64,000 nucleotides of DNA, taken from contig CAWJKC010000003.1 of assembly GCA_963843325.1 (NCBI GenBank), positions 591,320-655,319 of the forward strand. The letters are read 5' to 3'. This DNA comes from an uncultured Acidobacteriota bacterium. Its GTDB lineage: Bacteria > Acidobacteriota > Thermoanaerobaculia > UBA5066 > Gp7-AA6. Each line of letters starts with the position of its first letter. Position 1 is the first letter of the stretch. Below the pieces are notes generated by a model that was not told the DNA's origin, searched no databases, and saw only the letters and a program-made list of their open reading frames with translations. The translations under genes were made by a program, and so were the position numbers. Below are positions 30,426 to 40,162 of this stretch, piece after piece.

Positions 30426-30848
30426 TTACTTCTTCGTGTTCGTCCAGCTCTGCTGGCCGATCTTCCACTGGCCGTCTTCCTCTTCGAGGTTGATCGTGCC
30501 CCAGTTGGCCTCGCCGCCGACCTTGCCGGTCGCGTCGAGGACGGCCTTCTTGCCGTCGACCTTCACGCCCGTGTACTTGATGTCCGTGGGCGTCATGGCC
30601 TGCAGCATGCCCATGACCTTCTTCGGATCGAGGCCCATCTCCTTGGTCTGCTTCTCGATCCCCTCGTTGGCCGCCTTCGTCATGCACTTCTTGTACGCGG
30701 CGTAGTCGCCGGCGGCGACCGCCTTGAGCAGCCCCTGGTAGGCCTTGGCCTGCGGACTGGACGCCGCGTCCTGGGCCGCGCGGGCCGGAGCGGTGATCGC
30801 GAGCGTCAGCAGGACCGCCGGGAGAACGCGAGTCAGGACCTTTCGCAT
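30426..30848 (-). CDS. Secreted NTF2/DUF4878-like protein
   Basis: Signal peptide; VDGKKAVL...GTINLEEEDGQWKI; GGAGG RBS. Confidence 0.75.
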   Translation of the reverse strand: MRKVLTRVLPAVLLTLAITAPARAAQDAASSPQAKAYQGLLKAVAAGDYAAYKKCMTKAANEGIEKQTKEMGLDPKKVMGMLQAMTPTDIKYTGVKVDGKKAVLDATGKVGGEANWGTINLEEEDGQWKIGQQSWTNTKK

Positions 30849-30904
30849 GGGTGTCTCCTCCAATTCCATCGTTGCGATTCGCGCATTTTCAACGGGTGTC
30901 GAGG

Positions 30905-31447
30905 TCAGCGGCCGCGGCGCTCCCCGAACCGGCGCTCCATCACGCGGCGGTCGAAGAGCAGGTCGTCGGGGCCGGCCGAGGAGCCGGGCGCGCGGCGCGC
31001 GGTGCCGCGGCGATCGCGCCCGCGGCGTTCGGGAGCGGTCAGCGTGTAGGGCCAGGACTCGGGCTCGGGCGCGGACTCGGCCGGCGCCGCCGGAACCGGG
31101 GCGGGACCGACGGCCGGAACGCCGTCAGGCGGACGCACGACGAAGGGCGAATTCTCGACCTCGTCGTTGATCGCGATCTCGAGGTCCGGTCGGCCGACGG
31201 GGTCCGAGACGTCCTGGACGAGCCAGTGCTCGAGGGCGTCGGTCGGAATGTCGCGGGTGGCGTTGATCGCGGCCACGATCCGCCGCGCGTCGGCCAGCGT
31301 GCGGCCGCGGACGACGATCGCCTCCTTCGCGTCCCGGATGTAACGGCCGTCCTGCGTCCAGGGCTCCGGCGAGTGGTACGTCTCGATCTCGTCGGCCGGG
31401 AAGGGCTCGGACGGCTCGGTGGGGACGCGTCTTTTCGTGCTCATCAA
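30905..31447 (-). CDS. Hypothetical protein
   Basis: Host-like codon use; HSPEPW...ADARRIVAAINA; low-complexity tail with ERR/DRR repeats. Confidence 0.55.
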   Translation of the reverse strand: MMSTKRRVPTEPSEPFPADEIETYHSPEPWTQDGRYIRDAKEAIVVRGRTLADARRIVAAINATRDIPTDALEHWLVQDVSDPVGRPDLEIAINDEVENSPFVVRPPDGVPAVGPAPVPAAPAESAPEPESWPYTLTAPERRGRDRRGTARRAPGSSAGPDDLLFDRRVMERRFGERRGR

Positions 31448-31536
31448 GGGCGCGGCGATCGAAACCGATTATCGCACGCGAATCGCAACCTTTCGCACCC
31501 CGGAGGTGTTTTGGGCAAAGAGACGAGGAGGTGAGC

Positions 31537-32007
31537 ATGACGGCATACCGGGTCCTGGCGATCAGCGAAGGTCTCGCGGAGAAAGTGCGCGGCGCGCGGA
31601 CGTCACCGGGGTACGGGCATCCGGTCCACGCGGAAGTCGCGACCGGCTACGGACCGTGTCGCCTCTGCCTGCGCGACTTTCGCGTCGGCGTCGACCGGCG
31701 CCTGCTCTTCACGCTCGACCCCTTCCACGGCATCGAGTCGTTTCCGCTGCCGGGCCCGGTCTTCATTCACGAAGAGGAATGCGACCGGCATCCGGAGCAC
31801 GGCGGCTTTCCCGAGGACCTGCGGTCGCACGACCTGACCGTCGTCGCGTACGCGCGCGGGCGGCTGCAGCGGGCCGAGGAGCGGGTCTCCGACGGCGCCT
31901 GCGTCGAGGACGCGATCCTGCGCCTGCTCGCCCGCGACGACGTGGACTACCTCCACGTCCGCGACACGCAGGCCGGCTGCTACGACCTGCGGGTCGAGCG
32001 GGCTTAG
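31537..32007 (+). CDS. DUF1203 domain protein
   Basis: GPCRLCL, GPVFIH..C, YLHVRD..AGCY. Confidence 0.85.
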   Translation: MTAYRVLAISEGLAEKVRGARTSPGYGHPVHAEVATGYGPCRLCLRDFRVGVDRRLLFTLDPFHGIESFPLPGPVFIHEEECDRHPEHGGFPEDLRSHDLTVVAYARGRLQRAEERVSDGACVEDAILRLLARDDVDYLHVRDTQAGCYDLRVERA

Positions 32008-33033
32008 GCCGGCTTCGCCTCGAGCAGGGCGAACGGGCTGTTCGTCGGAATCACGCGCGTCATCTCGAAGCCCGCCCGCGTGAACACGGCCTCGAACTCC
32101 TTGACGGTGCGCTCGCGGCCGCCGGTCATCACCAGCATGTTCAGGTCCATCAGCATCACGAAATCGGGGCGGATCTCTTCGGGCACGAGCATCTCGACCA
32201 CGAGCACCCTGCCCGAGGGCTCGAGCGCCTCCCGGCAGCACTTCAGGATCTGGACGCACTCGTCGTCGGTCCAGTCGTGGAGGATGAACTTCAGGGCGTG
32301 CAGGTCCGCGCCGCGCGGGCACGGCCTTGAAGAAGTCGCCCGACTCGAACCCGCAGCGGTCGGCCGCGCCGGCGGCGTGGATGCCGAGCTTCGCCTGCGG
32401 CTCGATGTACGGCAGGTCGAACACCTTGCCCTTCATCTCCGGGTGCTTCTCGAGGATCGCGAGCGCGAGGCTGCCGTTGCCGCCGCCCACGTCCATGATC
32501 GTCTTCACGTCCGAGAAGTCGTAGGCCTCGAGCACCGCGCCCGCGGCGAAGCGCGAGACGTTCTGCATGGCCTTGCCGAACTGTTCGCCCTCGGCGGGGT
32601 ACTTGGCGTAGTAGTCGAAGGCGGGCGTGCCGAAGACTTCCTTCGGCTGCGGACGGCCGGTGCGCACGGCGTCCGCCGCCACCTCCCAGGACCGCCAGTG
32701 CACCGTGTCCGACTCGGCGATGAAGGCGTCCCGGAAGGTTCCGGGCACGTCGGCGCGCAGGCGCTCGCCGACCGCGGTCAACGCGAAGCGGCCGTCCGCC
32801 TTGCGTTCGAGCACGCCGAGGCTCGCGAGAGCGCGCAGGAGCCGGTAGGTTGCGCCGGCGTCGGTCCCGGCCTTGCCCGCGACCGCGTCGGCCGTCATCG
32901 GGCCGGCGGCGAGGACGTCCGGAATCTTCAGCCGCGCCGCCGTCGCGGCCGCCTGCATGGCCCACGCACCGGACAGCAGCTGGATGAGGACCTGGTCGGT
33001 CGAAACGGCCTGCGTCTCCGTATCGGGCGTCAT
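32004..33033 (-). CDS. SAM-dependent O-methyltransferase (dimerisation + Methyltransf_2); frameshift near 32315
   Basis: DVGGGNG, FDLP, GDFF, ILHDW, DLNMLVMTGGRERT. Confidence 0.9.
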
Positions 33034-33083
33034 GCGCTACCTCCGCGAAGGCGCGCAGAATATCGCAGCGGGTCGCGGCCGCG

Positions 33084-33594
33084 TCAGCCGGCTTTCTCGT
33101 CTCCCGAGGGCCCGTAAATCGACGGGATTTTCGCGCCGAGCATCTTCAGATAGACCGTGAGCTGCCCGCGATGGTGCACCCAGTGCGAGAGCACGCCGTC
33201 GCGGATCTGGACGTGGCGGGGAGTTTCCTGAATGACGTGGCCGCCCGAGAGGAGCTTCCAGTTCGTCGCGAGGTGCGCGTCGTTCGTGCCCTGGAGAGCG
33301 GCCTTGCCCTTCTGTCGCCGCGGCATCGAGTGCCTGGACGAGATCGGCCGAGGTCTTCAGGGGCGGCGGGGTGAACTTCGGGCCGTCCTTCGGCGCGATG
33401 TCGAGCTCGTCCATCCCGACGACCATGCCGAGCCACTCCGGCATCGTCGCGACCATCATCGCGAGGTACCCCATGGGCATGGATTTCTCGTGCGGCTTCC
33501 AGTCGAAGTGCCCGTCCGGAACCCGCTCGAGAACGCGACGGCTGACGGGGATTTCACGCTCGAGGTCGGCGAGAAAAATGTCGGTGTAGTTCAT
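33084..33594 (-). CDS. DinB family protein; frameshift near 33320
   Basis: WKPHEKSM...; HWVHHRGQLTVYL...PSIYGPS. Confidence 0.85.
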
Positions 33595-33729
33595 GTGTGC
33601 TCCTCGTGAAGAGCCCCTGCAAATAATCTGCCTCTCTGCAGACTGGCCCAATCCGTGCAGGCTTTTTCTCCCCCTGGCGGTCGGAAACCTTTCGGTCCCT
33701 TCCACGAAAAAGAAGGATGGAGGTCATCT

Positions 33730-34089
33730 ATGGCAAACGCTTTCGTGCATTCGGAACTCGCCACCACCGACGTCGACAAGGCCAAGGCCTTCTACGGCAA
33801 GCTCTTCGACTGGAAGCTCGAAGACCTCCCGATGGATGGCATGAACTACACCACCATCGCGATCGGCGATGCCACGGGCGGCGGGATCATGCAGCAGATG
33901 ATGCCGGGCGCGCCGTCGGCGTGGATGCCCTACGTCGGCGTCGACGACATCCAGGCCGCGACGAAGAAGGCGAAGTCCCTCGGCGCCACGATCCTGCGGG
34001 ACGTCACCCCCGTGGCGGAGCTCGGGTGGCTGACCATCTTCAAGGACCCGACGGGGGCGGTCATCGGGCTCTGGCAGCCGAAGCTGTAG
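33730..34089 (+). CDS. VOC family protein
   Basis: FVHSELATTDVDKAKAFYGKLFDW...DPTGAVIGLWQ. Confidence 0.9.
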   Translation: MANAFVHSELATTDVDKAKAFYGKLFDWKLEDLPMDGMNYTTIAIGDATGGGIMQQMMPGAPSAWMPYVGVDDIQAATKKAKSLGATILRDVTPVAELGWLTIFKDPTGAVIGLWQPKL

Positions 34090-34115
34090 GGGCCAAGCCG
34101 GACCGCCCGGAAGCG

Positions 34116-34155
34116 CCCCCCTCACCCTTCCCTCTCCCCCCGCGGGGGGAGAGGG
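34116..34155. repeat. CCCTCACCC-CCCTCTCCC hairpin repeat
   Basis: CCCCCCTCACCCTTCCCTCTCCCCCCGCGGGGGGAGAGGG. Confidence 0.75.
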
Positions 34156-34210
34156 TCTGGACGAAGCCGGCGTCCCGATACGGGATCGAGGGGATTTCCC
34201 CAAACCCTTC

Positions 34211-34259
34211 TTGACACTCCCCGACATGTGCGCTACCAATATGTCGCAATGAAACATAT
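34211..34259 (+). promoter_or_regulatory. Putative sigma70 promoter and PadR operator
   Basis: TTGACA at 34211; ATATGT-N9-ACATAT palindrome (34239-34259) overlaps ATG 34258; extra half-site CGACAT at 34222. Confidence 0.5.
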
Positions 34260-34596
34260 GACCGCCCTCGACCGCCAGCTCAAGAAGGGCTCCACGGAGC
34301 TGCTCGTTCTCTCGCTCGTCGAGAACCGCGCCCGCCACGGCTACGAGATCGGCAAGCTCATCGAGACCCGCTCGCGCGGTGCGCTGAAGTTCAACGTCGC
34401 TTCCCTCTACCCGCTCCTCTACCGCCTCGAGGCGCGCGGCCTGATCGAGGGCAAGTGGGTCGAGAAGGCCTCGCAGCGCCGCCGCCGCTACTACAAGCTC
34501 ACGGCGGCGGGCCGGAAGATGCTCCGCATGCAGCAGAGCGCCTGGGCGGCCTTCGTCGAGGCGATGACGCGGATCACGGAGGCCGAAAATGCCTGA
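34258..34596 (+). CDS. PadR family transcriptional regulator
   Basis: LKKGSTELLVL...HGYEIG...SLYPLLYRLE...RRRYYKLT. Confidence 0.95.
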   Translation: MTALDRQLKKGSTELLVLSLVENRARHGYEIGKLIETRSRGALKFNVASLYPLLYRLEARGLIEGKWVEKASQRRRRYYKLTAAGRKMLRMQQSAWAAFVEAMTRITEAENA

Positions 34597-37345
34597 GTGG
34601 TCGAACGACATCCGCAAGCGCCTCGAGGGCCTCGGGCTCGATCCCGCGCGCGAGGCCTCGATCGTCGAGGAGATCTCCCAGCACCTCGACGACCGGTACG
34701 AAGACCTCGTCGCGCGCGGCGCCTCTCCCGAAGCCGCGCGCCGGACCGCGCTCGAGGAGCTCGCCGGCCCCGCCCTCACCGCCTCGCTGAAGGAGTCGCT
34801 GCCCCGCCCGGCGCCCTCGCGCACGCCCCCGCCCGAGAACGGCGGAGGCCTCCTCCACGGCGTGGCGAAAGACTTCCGCTACGGAGCGCGCCGCCTGCGC
34901 CTCGAACCGGCGTTCGCCTTCGTGGCCATCCTCTCGCTCGCGCTCGGCATCGGCGCGAACATGGCGATCTTTCAGCTGCTCGACGCCGTGCGCCTGCGCA
35001 GCCTTCCGATTACCAGCCCCGGAGAGCTGCTGAACGTGCGCATCGGTCCGAAGGAAGAGGGCCGCACCGGCAGCTTCACCACGAATTTTCCCCAGCTGAC
35101 CTCGCTGATCTTCGATCGGCTGCGCGCCGAGCAGAAAGCCTTCTCGAAGCTGGACGTCTGGGCGTCCAACCGCGTCAATCTCGCCACCGGAGGCAAGGTG
35201 CGCTACGTGAATGCGCTCTGGGTCGGTGGGACGTTCTTCGACACCGTCGGAGTTCCGCCGCTGCGGGGCCGGCTCCTCGGTCCGTCCGACGATCAGCCGG
35301 GCTGCCCCTCACCGTCGATCGTCGTGAGCGAGCCCTTCTGGCGGCGCGAGCTCGGCGGGCGGGAGCTCTCGCCCGGCCAGACGCTCATGGTCGAGGGACG
35401 CCAGTTCGAGATCGCGGGCATCACGCCCGCCCGATTCTTCGGCCTCGAAGTCGGCCACGCGTTCGACGTCGCGCTGCCCACGTGCGCCGAAAACCTCCTC
35501 GCGGACAAGCCCCGGACGGAGAGCCGCTCGGCCTGGTGGCTCTCGGCCGTGGGCCGGCTCGCTCCCGGCTGGACGCTCGAGAAGGCCAACGCGCACCTGG
35601 GCGCCATCTCGAAGGGGATCTTCGAGGCGTCGCTGCCGGAGAACTACGACGCCGACGACACGAAGCGGTTCCTGCGCATGACTCTCACCGCAGTCCCGGC
35701 CTCGACCGGCTTCTCGGACCTGCGAGAGGACTACTCCGACCCGCTGTGGCTCCTGCTCGGCCTCTCCGCCCTCGTGCTGTTGATCGCTTGCGCCAACATC
35801 GCCAACCTCATGATCGCCCGGGCGAGCGCGCGTCAGCGCGAGATCGCCGTGCGCCTCGCGCTCGGCGCCTCACGCGTCCGCCTGATCCGGCAGCTGCTCG
35901 CCGAGAGCCTCGTCCTGGCGTGCGCCGGCGCCCTGGCCGGCACCGCGCTCGCGCGGTGGCTCTCCCGCGTCCTGCTCACGTTTCTCGGCACGCGCGACAC
36001 GCAATGGTTCGTCCAGATGCCGCTCGACCTCCGGCTGCTCGCTTTCACGGCCGGAATCGCCGTCACGACGTGCGTCCTCTTCGGCCTCCTGCCGGCCCTG
36101 CAGGCGTCCCGAACCGACCCCATCGAGGCCATGAAGTCGGGTGGACGCGGCATCGCCGGCGGCGGCGCCAGGCTCTCCGTGCGCCGCGCCCTGGTCGTGT
36201 CGCAGGTGGCGCTCTCCCTCGTTCTTCTGGTCGGCTCGCTGCTCTTCGTGCGCAGCCTGCACAACCTGCTCTCGCTCGACGCCGGCTTCCGGCGCGACCG
36301 CGTCCTCGTCGTCACGGCGGATCACACGCGCCTGCGGATCCCGCGCGAGGGCCGGATCGCCCTGCGCAGCCGGACGCTCGAGCGCGTGCGGGCGCTCCCG
36401 GGCGTGACCGACGCGGCCCTGGCGCGCTTCGCGCCGCTCGGGGGACGCTACTGGAACGAGCACATCAGCGTCGAGGGCACCGAGGTGAAGCGCCAGAACG
36501 CCAACTTCAACCAGGTGGGGCCGGGTTATTTCCGGACCATCGGCACGCCGCTGATCGCGGGCCGCGACTTCACGGAGCGGGACGATCCGTCCGGCGAACC
36601 GGTCGCCATCGTCACGCAGACCTTCGTTCGCAAGTACCTCGCGGGCGCCGACCCGATCGGCCGGATCCTCCAGATCGACAACCAGGGTGGCGCCACGGTG
36701 CAGCGCTTCCGCATCGTGGGCCTCGCGCGCGACTGCAAGTACTACAACCTGCGCGAGGACTTCACGCCGATCGTCTTTCTCTCCCAGGCCCAGGACCTCG
36801 ATCCGCGCCCCTGGTTCTCGATCCTCGTCCGTTCCGACCTGCCAGCCGGGACGCTCGTGCCGGCGCTGACCGCGGCGATCGGCGCCGAGCGTCCGGAGAT
36901 CGACCTCGAGTACGCGCAGCTGAGCGAGATCCTGCGCGACAGCCTTCTGGCCGAGCGCCTGATGGCCCACCTTTCGACGTTCTTCGGCTCTCTGGCCGCG
37001 CTGCTCGCCATGGTCGGCCTCTACGGCGTCGTGTCGTTCATGGTCGTGCGCCGCCGCAACGAGATTGGAGTCCGCATGGCTCTCGGCGCCACGCGGCGCG
37101 ACATCCACATCCTCGTCCTGCGGGAGGCCGGAACGCTCGTCGCCATCGGGCTCGGGATCGGCATCGTCCTCGCCATCGGCGGGGCGTACCTCGGCCGCTC
37201 GCTGCTGTTCGGCCTGACGCCGAGCGACCCGGTGACGCTCGTGATGGCCTCCGTCGGCCTCGCCGCCGTCGCGCTCGCGGCAAGCCTCCTGCCCGCCCAC
37301 CGCGCGGCGACGCTCGACCCGGTGACGGCCCTGCGGGACGAGTAG
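34589..37345 (+). CDS. ADOP-type duplicated ABC permease with prefix domain
   Basis: IVEEISQHLDDRYEDL...AARRTAL prefix; [12 protein letters not shown]; LLIACANIANL; RRNEIGVRMALGA. Confidence 0.92.
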   Translation: MPEWSNDIRKRLEGLGLDPAREASIVEEISQHLDDRYEDLVARGASPEAARRTALEELAGPALTASLKESLPRPAPSRTPPPENGGGLLHGVAKDFRYGARRLRLEPAFAFVAILSLALGIGANMAIFQLLDAVRLRSLPITSPGELLNVRIGPKEEGRTGSFTTNFPQLTSLIFDRLRAEQKAFSKLDVWASNRVNLATGGKVRYVNALWVGGTFFDTVGVPPLRGRLLGPSDDQPGCPSPSIVVSEPFWRRELGGRELSPGQTLMVEGRQFEIAGITPARFFGLEVGHAFDVALPTCAENLLADKPRTESRSAWWLSAVGRLAPGWTLEKANAHLGAISKGIFEASLPENYDADDTKRFLRMTLTAVPASTGFSDLREDYSDPLWLLLGLSALVLLIACANIANLMIARASARQREIAVRLALGASRVRLIRQLLAESLVLACAGALAGTALARWLSRVLLTFLGTRDTQWFVQMPLDLRLLAFTAGIAVTTCVLFGLLPALQASRTDPIEAMKSGGRGIAGGGARLSVRRALVVSQVALSLVLLVGSLLFVRSLHNLLSLDAGFRRDRVLVVTADHTRLRIPREGRIALRSRTLERVRALPGVTDAALARFAPLGGRYWNEHISVEGTEVKRQNANFNQVGPGYFRTIGTPLIAGRDFTERDDPSGEPVAIVTQTFVRKYLAGADPIGRILQIDNQGGATVQRFRIVGLARDCKYYNLREDFTPIVFLSQAQDLDPRPWFSILVRSDLPAGTLVPALTAAIGAERPEIDLEYAQLSEILRDSLLAERLMAHLSTFFGSLAALLAMVGLYGVVSFMVVRRRNEIGVRMALGATRRDIHILVLREAGTLVAIGLGIGIVLAIGGAYLGRSLLFGLTPSDPVTLVMASVGLAAVALAASLLPAHRAATLDPVTALRDE

Positions 37346-37355
37346 AATCCCTCCC

Positions 37356-37739
37356 GTGAACCCGACCCTCGGCCACGGCAAGATCTGCTACGTCGGGCTC
37401 CCGTCGAGCGACGTCGAGCGCTCGGCCGCCTTCTACGCCGCGGTGTTCGGCTGGGAGATCCGCAAGCGCGGCAACGGGACGACCGCGTTCAACGACTCCG
37501 TCGGCCAGGTCAGCGGCGCGTTTATGCCGGGCCGGCCGCCGCAGGGCGAAGGCCTGCTCCTCTACATCATGGTCGACGACGCCGCGGCGTCCGTGAAGGC
37601 GATCGTCGCCCACGGCGGCGAGATCGTGCAGCCCATCGGTGTCGACGCACCCGAGGTCACCGCCCATTTCCGCGACCCGGGCGGCAACCTCCTCGGCATC
37701 TACCAGGAACCGACGCTCGTCGAGCGGCAGCCGTCCTAG
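37356..37739 (+). CDS. VOC family protein
   Basis: GKICYV...SAAFYAAVFGW...FRDPGGNLLGIYQ. Confidence 0.9.
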   Translation: MNPTLGHGKICYVGLPSSDVERSAAFYAAVFGWEIRKRGNGTTAFNDSVGQVSGAFMPGRPPQGEGLLLYIMVDDAAASVKAIVAHGGEIVQPIGVDAPEVTAHFRDPGGNLLGIYQEPTLVERQPS

Positions 37740-38368
37740 CCCCGCGGCGATCTCGAAGCGCGCGCCGGTCTCCCGTTCCGGCGAACGCGCGGGGAGGCCG
37801 ATCGCGACGCCGGAACTCCGGCCCTGCGCCGCCCGAGCCGAACCTCTTTGACTTGTCCCATCTCCGGCGTCTTGCCGGTCATCTTGCTTCGGACGATCTC
37901 GAACAGGACGAGCGCCTGCGGCTTGTCGACGGTCATGTAGTGCGCCGCGACAGCGCGCACGCCGATCAGGACCAGGCGCGGATCGTCGGGGCCGCCATCG
38001 CGTTTGCCGCCCTCGTCGGGGATCCAGATCTTCCAGTCCGGAGCCCATAGCTCGCGGATCTTCGACCGGTCCCGGGAGATCTCGGCGTCCCCGGATATGG
38101 AGACCCATTCGCGCGTGCGGTCCTTGTAGTACGAGAGGTTGACGCGCGGATCGGCGGAGATCTCGCCGACTTTCGGAAGGTCGGCCGTCGTCACGAACCA
38201 GAAATCCGCTCCCGCGGACCGTTTCTGCGTCGCCATCGGGCGCGACACGAGATGCCCATCCGCCCTCCGCGTCGTCAGCATCGCCGTTTCGATTCCCTCC
38301 ACGAGCTTCCAGAGCTCGTCGAGACTTCCCGTCTGGATTTCCTCGCGGTGCTCGCTGCGCTTTGTCAT
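37736..38368 (-). CDS. Pyridoxamine 5'-phosphate oxidase-like general stress protein
   Basis: TAMLTT...LVSRPMATQ...VNLSY...WVSISG...GPDDPRLVLI; GGAGG RBS. Confidence 0.85.
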   Translation of the reverse strand: MTKRSEHREEIQTGSLDELWKLVEGIETAMLTTRRADGHLVSRPMATQKRSAGADFWFVTTADLPKVGEISADPRVNLSYYKDRTREWVSISGDAEISRDRSKIRELWAPDWKIWIPDEGGKRDGGPDDPRLVLIGVRAVAAHYMTVDKPQALVLFEIVRSKMTGKTPEMGQVKEVRLGRRRAGVPASRSASPRVRRNGRPARASRSPRG

Positions 38369-38497
38369 GCGTCCTCCCGGGTCTCCGAAACCGCAAGTTC
38401 CGCGCCAGCGAAGGCGAAGGCCCGGGGATCGCGCAAAGCTCGACATCCCACGCGGCGAAACCGCCGATCGTGCTAGCCGAACGCCATCTGCTGGCAA

Positions 38498-38783
38498 CCC
38501 AACGGCGAGAGGGACTGGTTCAAGGTCGCCGGCAAGGACCCCGAGTACGATGCATGGACTCACGAGCAGGCCACCGGCGGCAGTACCCTCGTCTTCGGCC
38601 GGACGACCTACGACATGATGAAGAGCTGGTGGCCGACGCCGATGAATACGATCTCGTCGTGGTTCCGGTCGTTCTCGGCGAGGGCAAGCCGCTCTTCGAC
38701 GACGTGAAGAAGAAGGAGCTGAAGCTCGTCGAATCACGCTCTTCCAGAACGGCCTGACGCTGCTGCGATACCGGCCGTCGTGA
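38498..38783 (+). pseudogene. Internally deleted dihydrofolate reductase/RibD-C family pseudogene
   Basis: PNGERDWF...LVFGRTTYDMMKSWWPTP joined out of frame to DEYDLVVVPVVLGEGKPLF...NGLTLLRY; N-terminus and middle are absent. Confidence 0.7.
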
Positions 38784-38847
38784 ATCAGCGCATCGCCGGC
38801 CCGACGACGAGGTCGACCAGGAGCCGCTTTCCGCCTCGAGGGGATTT

Positions 38848-39978
38848 TTACTGGATCGGCGCGGGGTTCTTCGCCTCCCAGGCGCGCATGTTCTTGCGCG
38901 ACTGGTCGAAAATCCTGACGTAGTTGTCCCGCGCGATCGTCTGCGTGAGCTCCGGGCCGAGCTCGTTCCAGAGCGGCGCCCACGCGTCGTAGCTCTTGCG
39001 CACGAGCTGCCAGTCCGATGAAGCGGACTGGTCGGAGCCGAAGAGAAACCGGTCGGGATACTTGCGCATCAGATCTGCGGTCATCCTCACGTGCTCGGGC
39101 GTGTCGAGGATGGCCGGCGCGATGACCTGTCCCCACGCGATGTCGATGTACACGTGACGGTATGCGGGATCGCCGAGCATCTGGTCGAGGTACTTCCAGT
39201 GCTCCGGGTAAGGCCGCACGCCCCGACCATTGCCCATGAAATGCGCCCAGATCATCGTGACGTTCGGATGGCGTTTCAAGAAAGCCTGGAAGGTCTCCAG
39301 GTATTGCGGCTTCGGCGTCCTGCCGGCGTAGATCACGAGCGCCAGCGGATCTTTGAGCAGGTCGAGGCTGCCCGGCGTGTCGTGGTCGCAGTGAACGACG
39401 GCGGCAGCCCCCATCTCGCCAATCGCGTCGAAAACCGCGTCGAGCGACGGGCTGAAGAGGCTCGGGGGACCGCCGCTGATCTTTTCCGAGAACTCCTGCT
39501 TCTTGAAGTGGAGCTCGCCGAACCCGCTCCAGACGCCGGGATAGAGGCGGACCATGAGCTTGACGTAGTCCCCGGCGCGGCTGTCCTTGAGATTGAAGGC
39601 GCTCATCAGCGGGTCCAGCCGGGCGCGATCTTTTTCGGAGAGGGCCAGGAACTTGTGCGCGACGAGCACGTCCTGGATCGCGTTGTAGTAAAGCACCGGC
39701 CCGTCGGTCTGCGTGTAGTAGACGGGTGCGAACGGGCCGTCGACGGCGGGATCGTGGGCGATGGTGACGGCCAGACCCATCATCACCGACCGGCACACCT
39801 TGCCGTCCATCATCTTCAGCAGCTCGGGCATCGGCGTGCCCTCCGCCTTGAAGTCCTGGACGTGCCAGTGCGCGTCGTTGAAGAGACATGGGGGCGCGTC
39901 CTGCGCAGATACGGATCGAGCGGCGAGCGCGAGAACCAGCAGTGCTGCCCGGACGAGACGTGCGTGTGTGTTTCTCAT
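38848..39978 (-). CDS. Amidohydrolase family protein, secreted
   Basis: NDAHWH, GFGE, HCD, WAH and RFLFGSD motifs; signal peptide. Confidence 0.85.
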   Translation of the reverse strand: MRNTHARLVRAALLVLALAARSVSAQDAPPCLFNDAHWHVQDFKAEGTPMPELLKMMDGKVCRSVMMGLAVTIAHDPAVDGPFAPVYYTQTDGPVLYYNAIQDVLVAHKFLALSEKDRARLDPLMSAFNLKDSRAGDYVKLMVRLYPGVWSGFGELHFKKQEFSEKISGGPPSLFSPSLDAVFDAIGEMGAAAVVHCDHDTPGSLDLLKDPLALVIYAGRTPKPQYLETFQAFLKRHPNVTMIWAHFMGNGRGVRPYPEHWKYLDQMLGDPAYRHVYIDIAWGQVIAPAILDTPEHVRMTADLMRKYPDRFLFGSDQSASSDWQLVRKSYDAWAPLWNELGPELTQTIARDNYVRIFDQSRKNMRAWEAKNPAPIQ

Positions 39979-40162
39979 GCGAGGCGGCACGGTAGGGCCT
40001 GTGCGCGCGCTCGCGCTCGAGATTAATGAACGCCTCATCGAAGGCGACGCGCCGCGGCAAGAAGGGATGCTTGCGGAAAACGTCGTCGAACTTCTGTTTC
40101 CAGGCCTTTCCGGCGTCGGAGGAGGTGTCGGCGGTTTCGCGCACCTCGCGGGCGGGCTCGAA

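Noticed and set aside
37736-40144. 802-aa ORF suggesting a large fusion protein
   Set aside because: Only the last ~210 aa (from ATG 38368, with an RBS) are protein-like; the rest overlaps the amidohydrolase in another frame.
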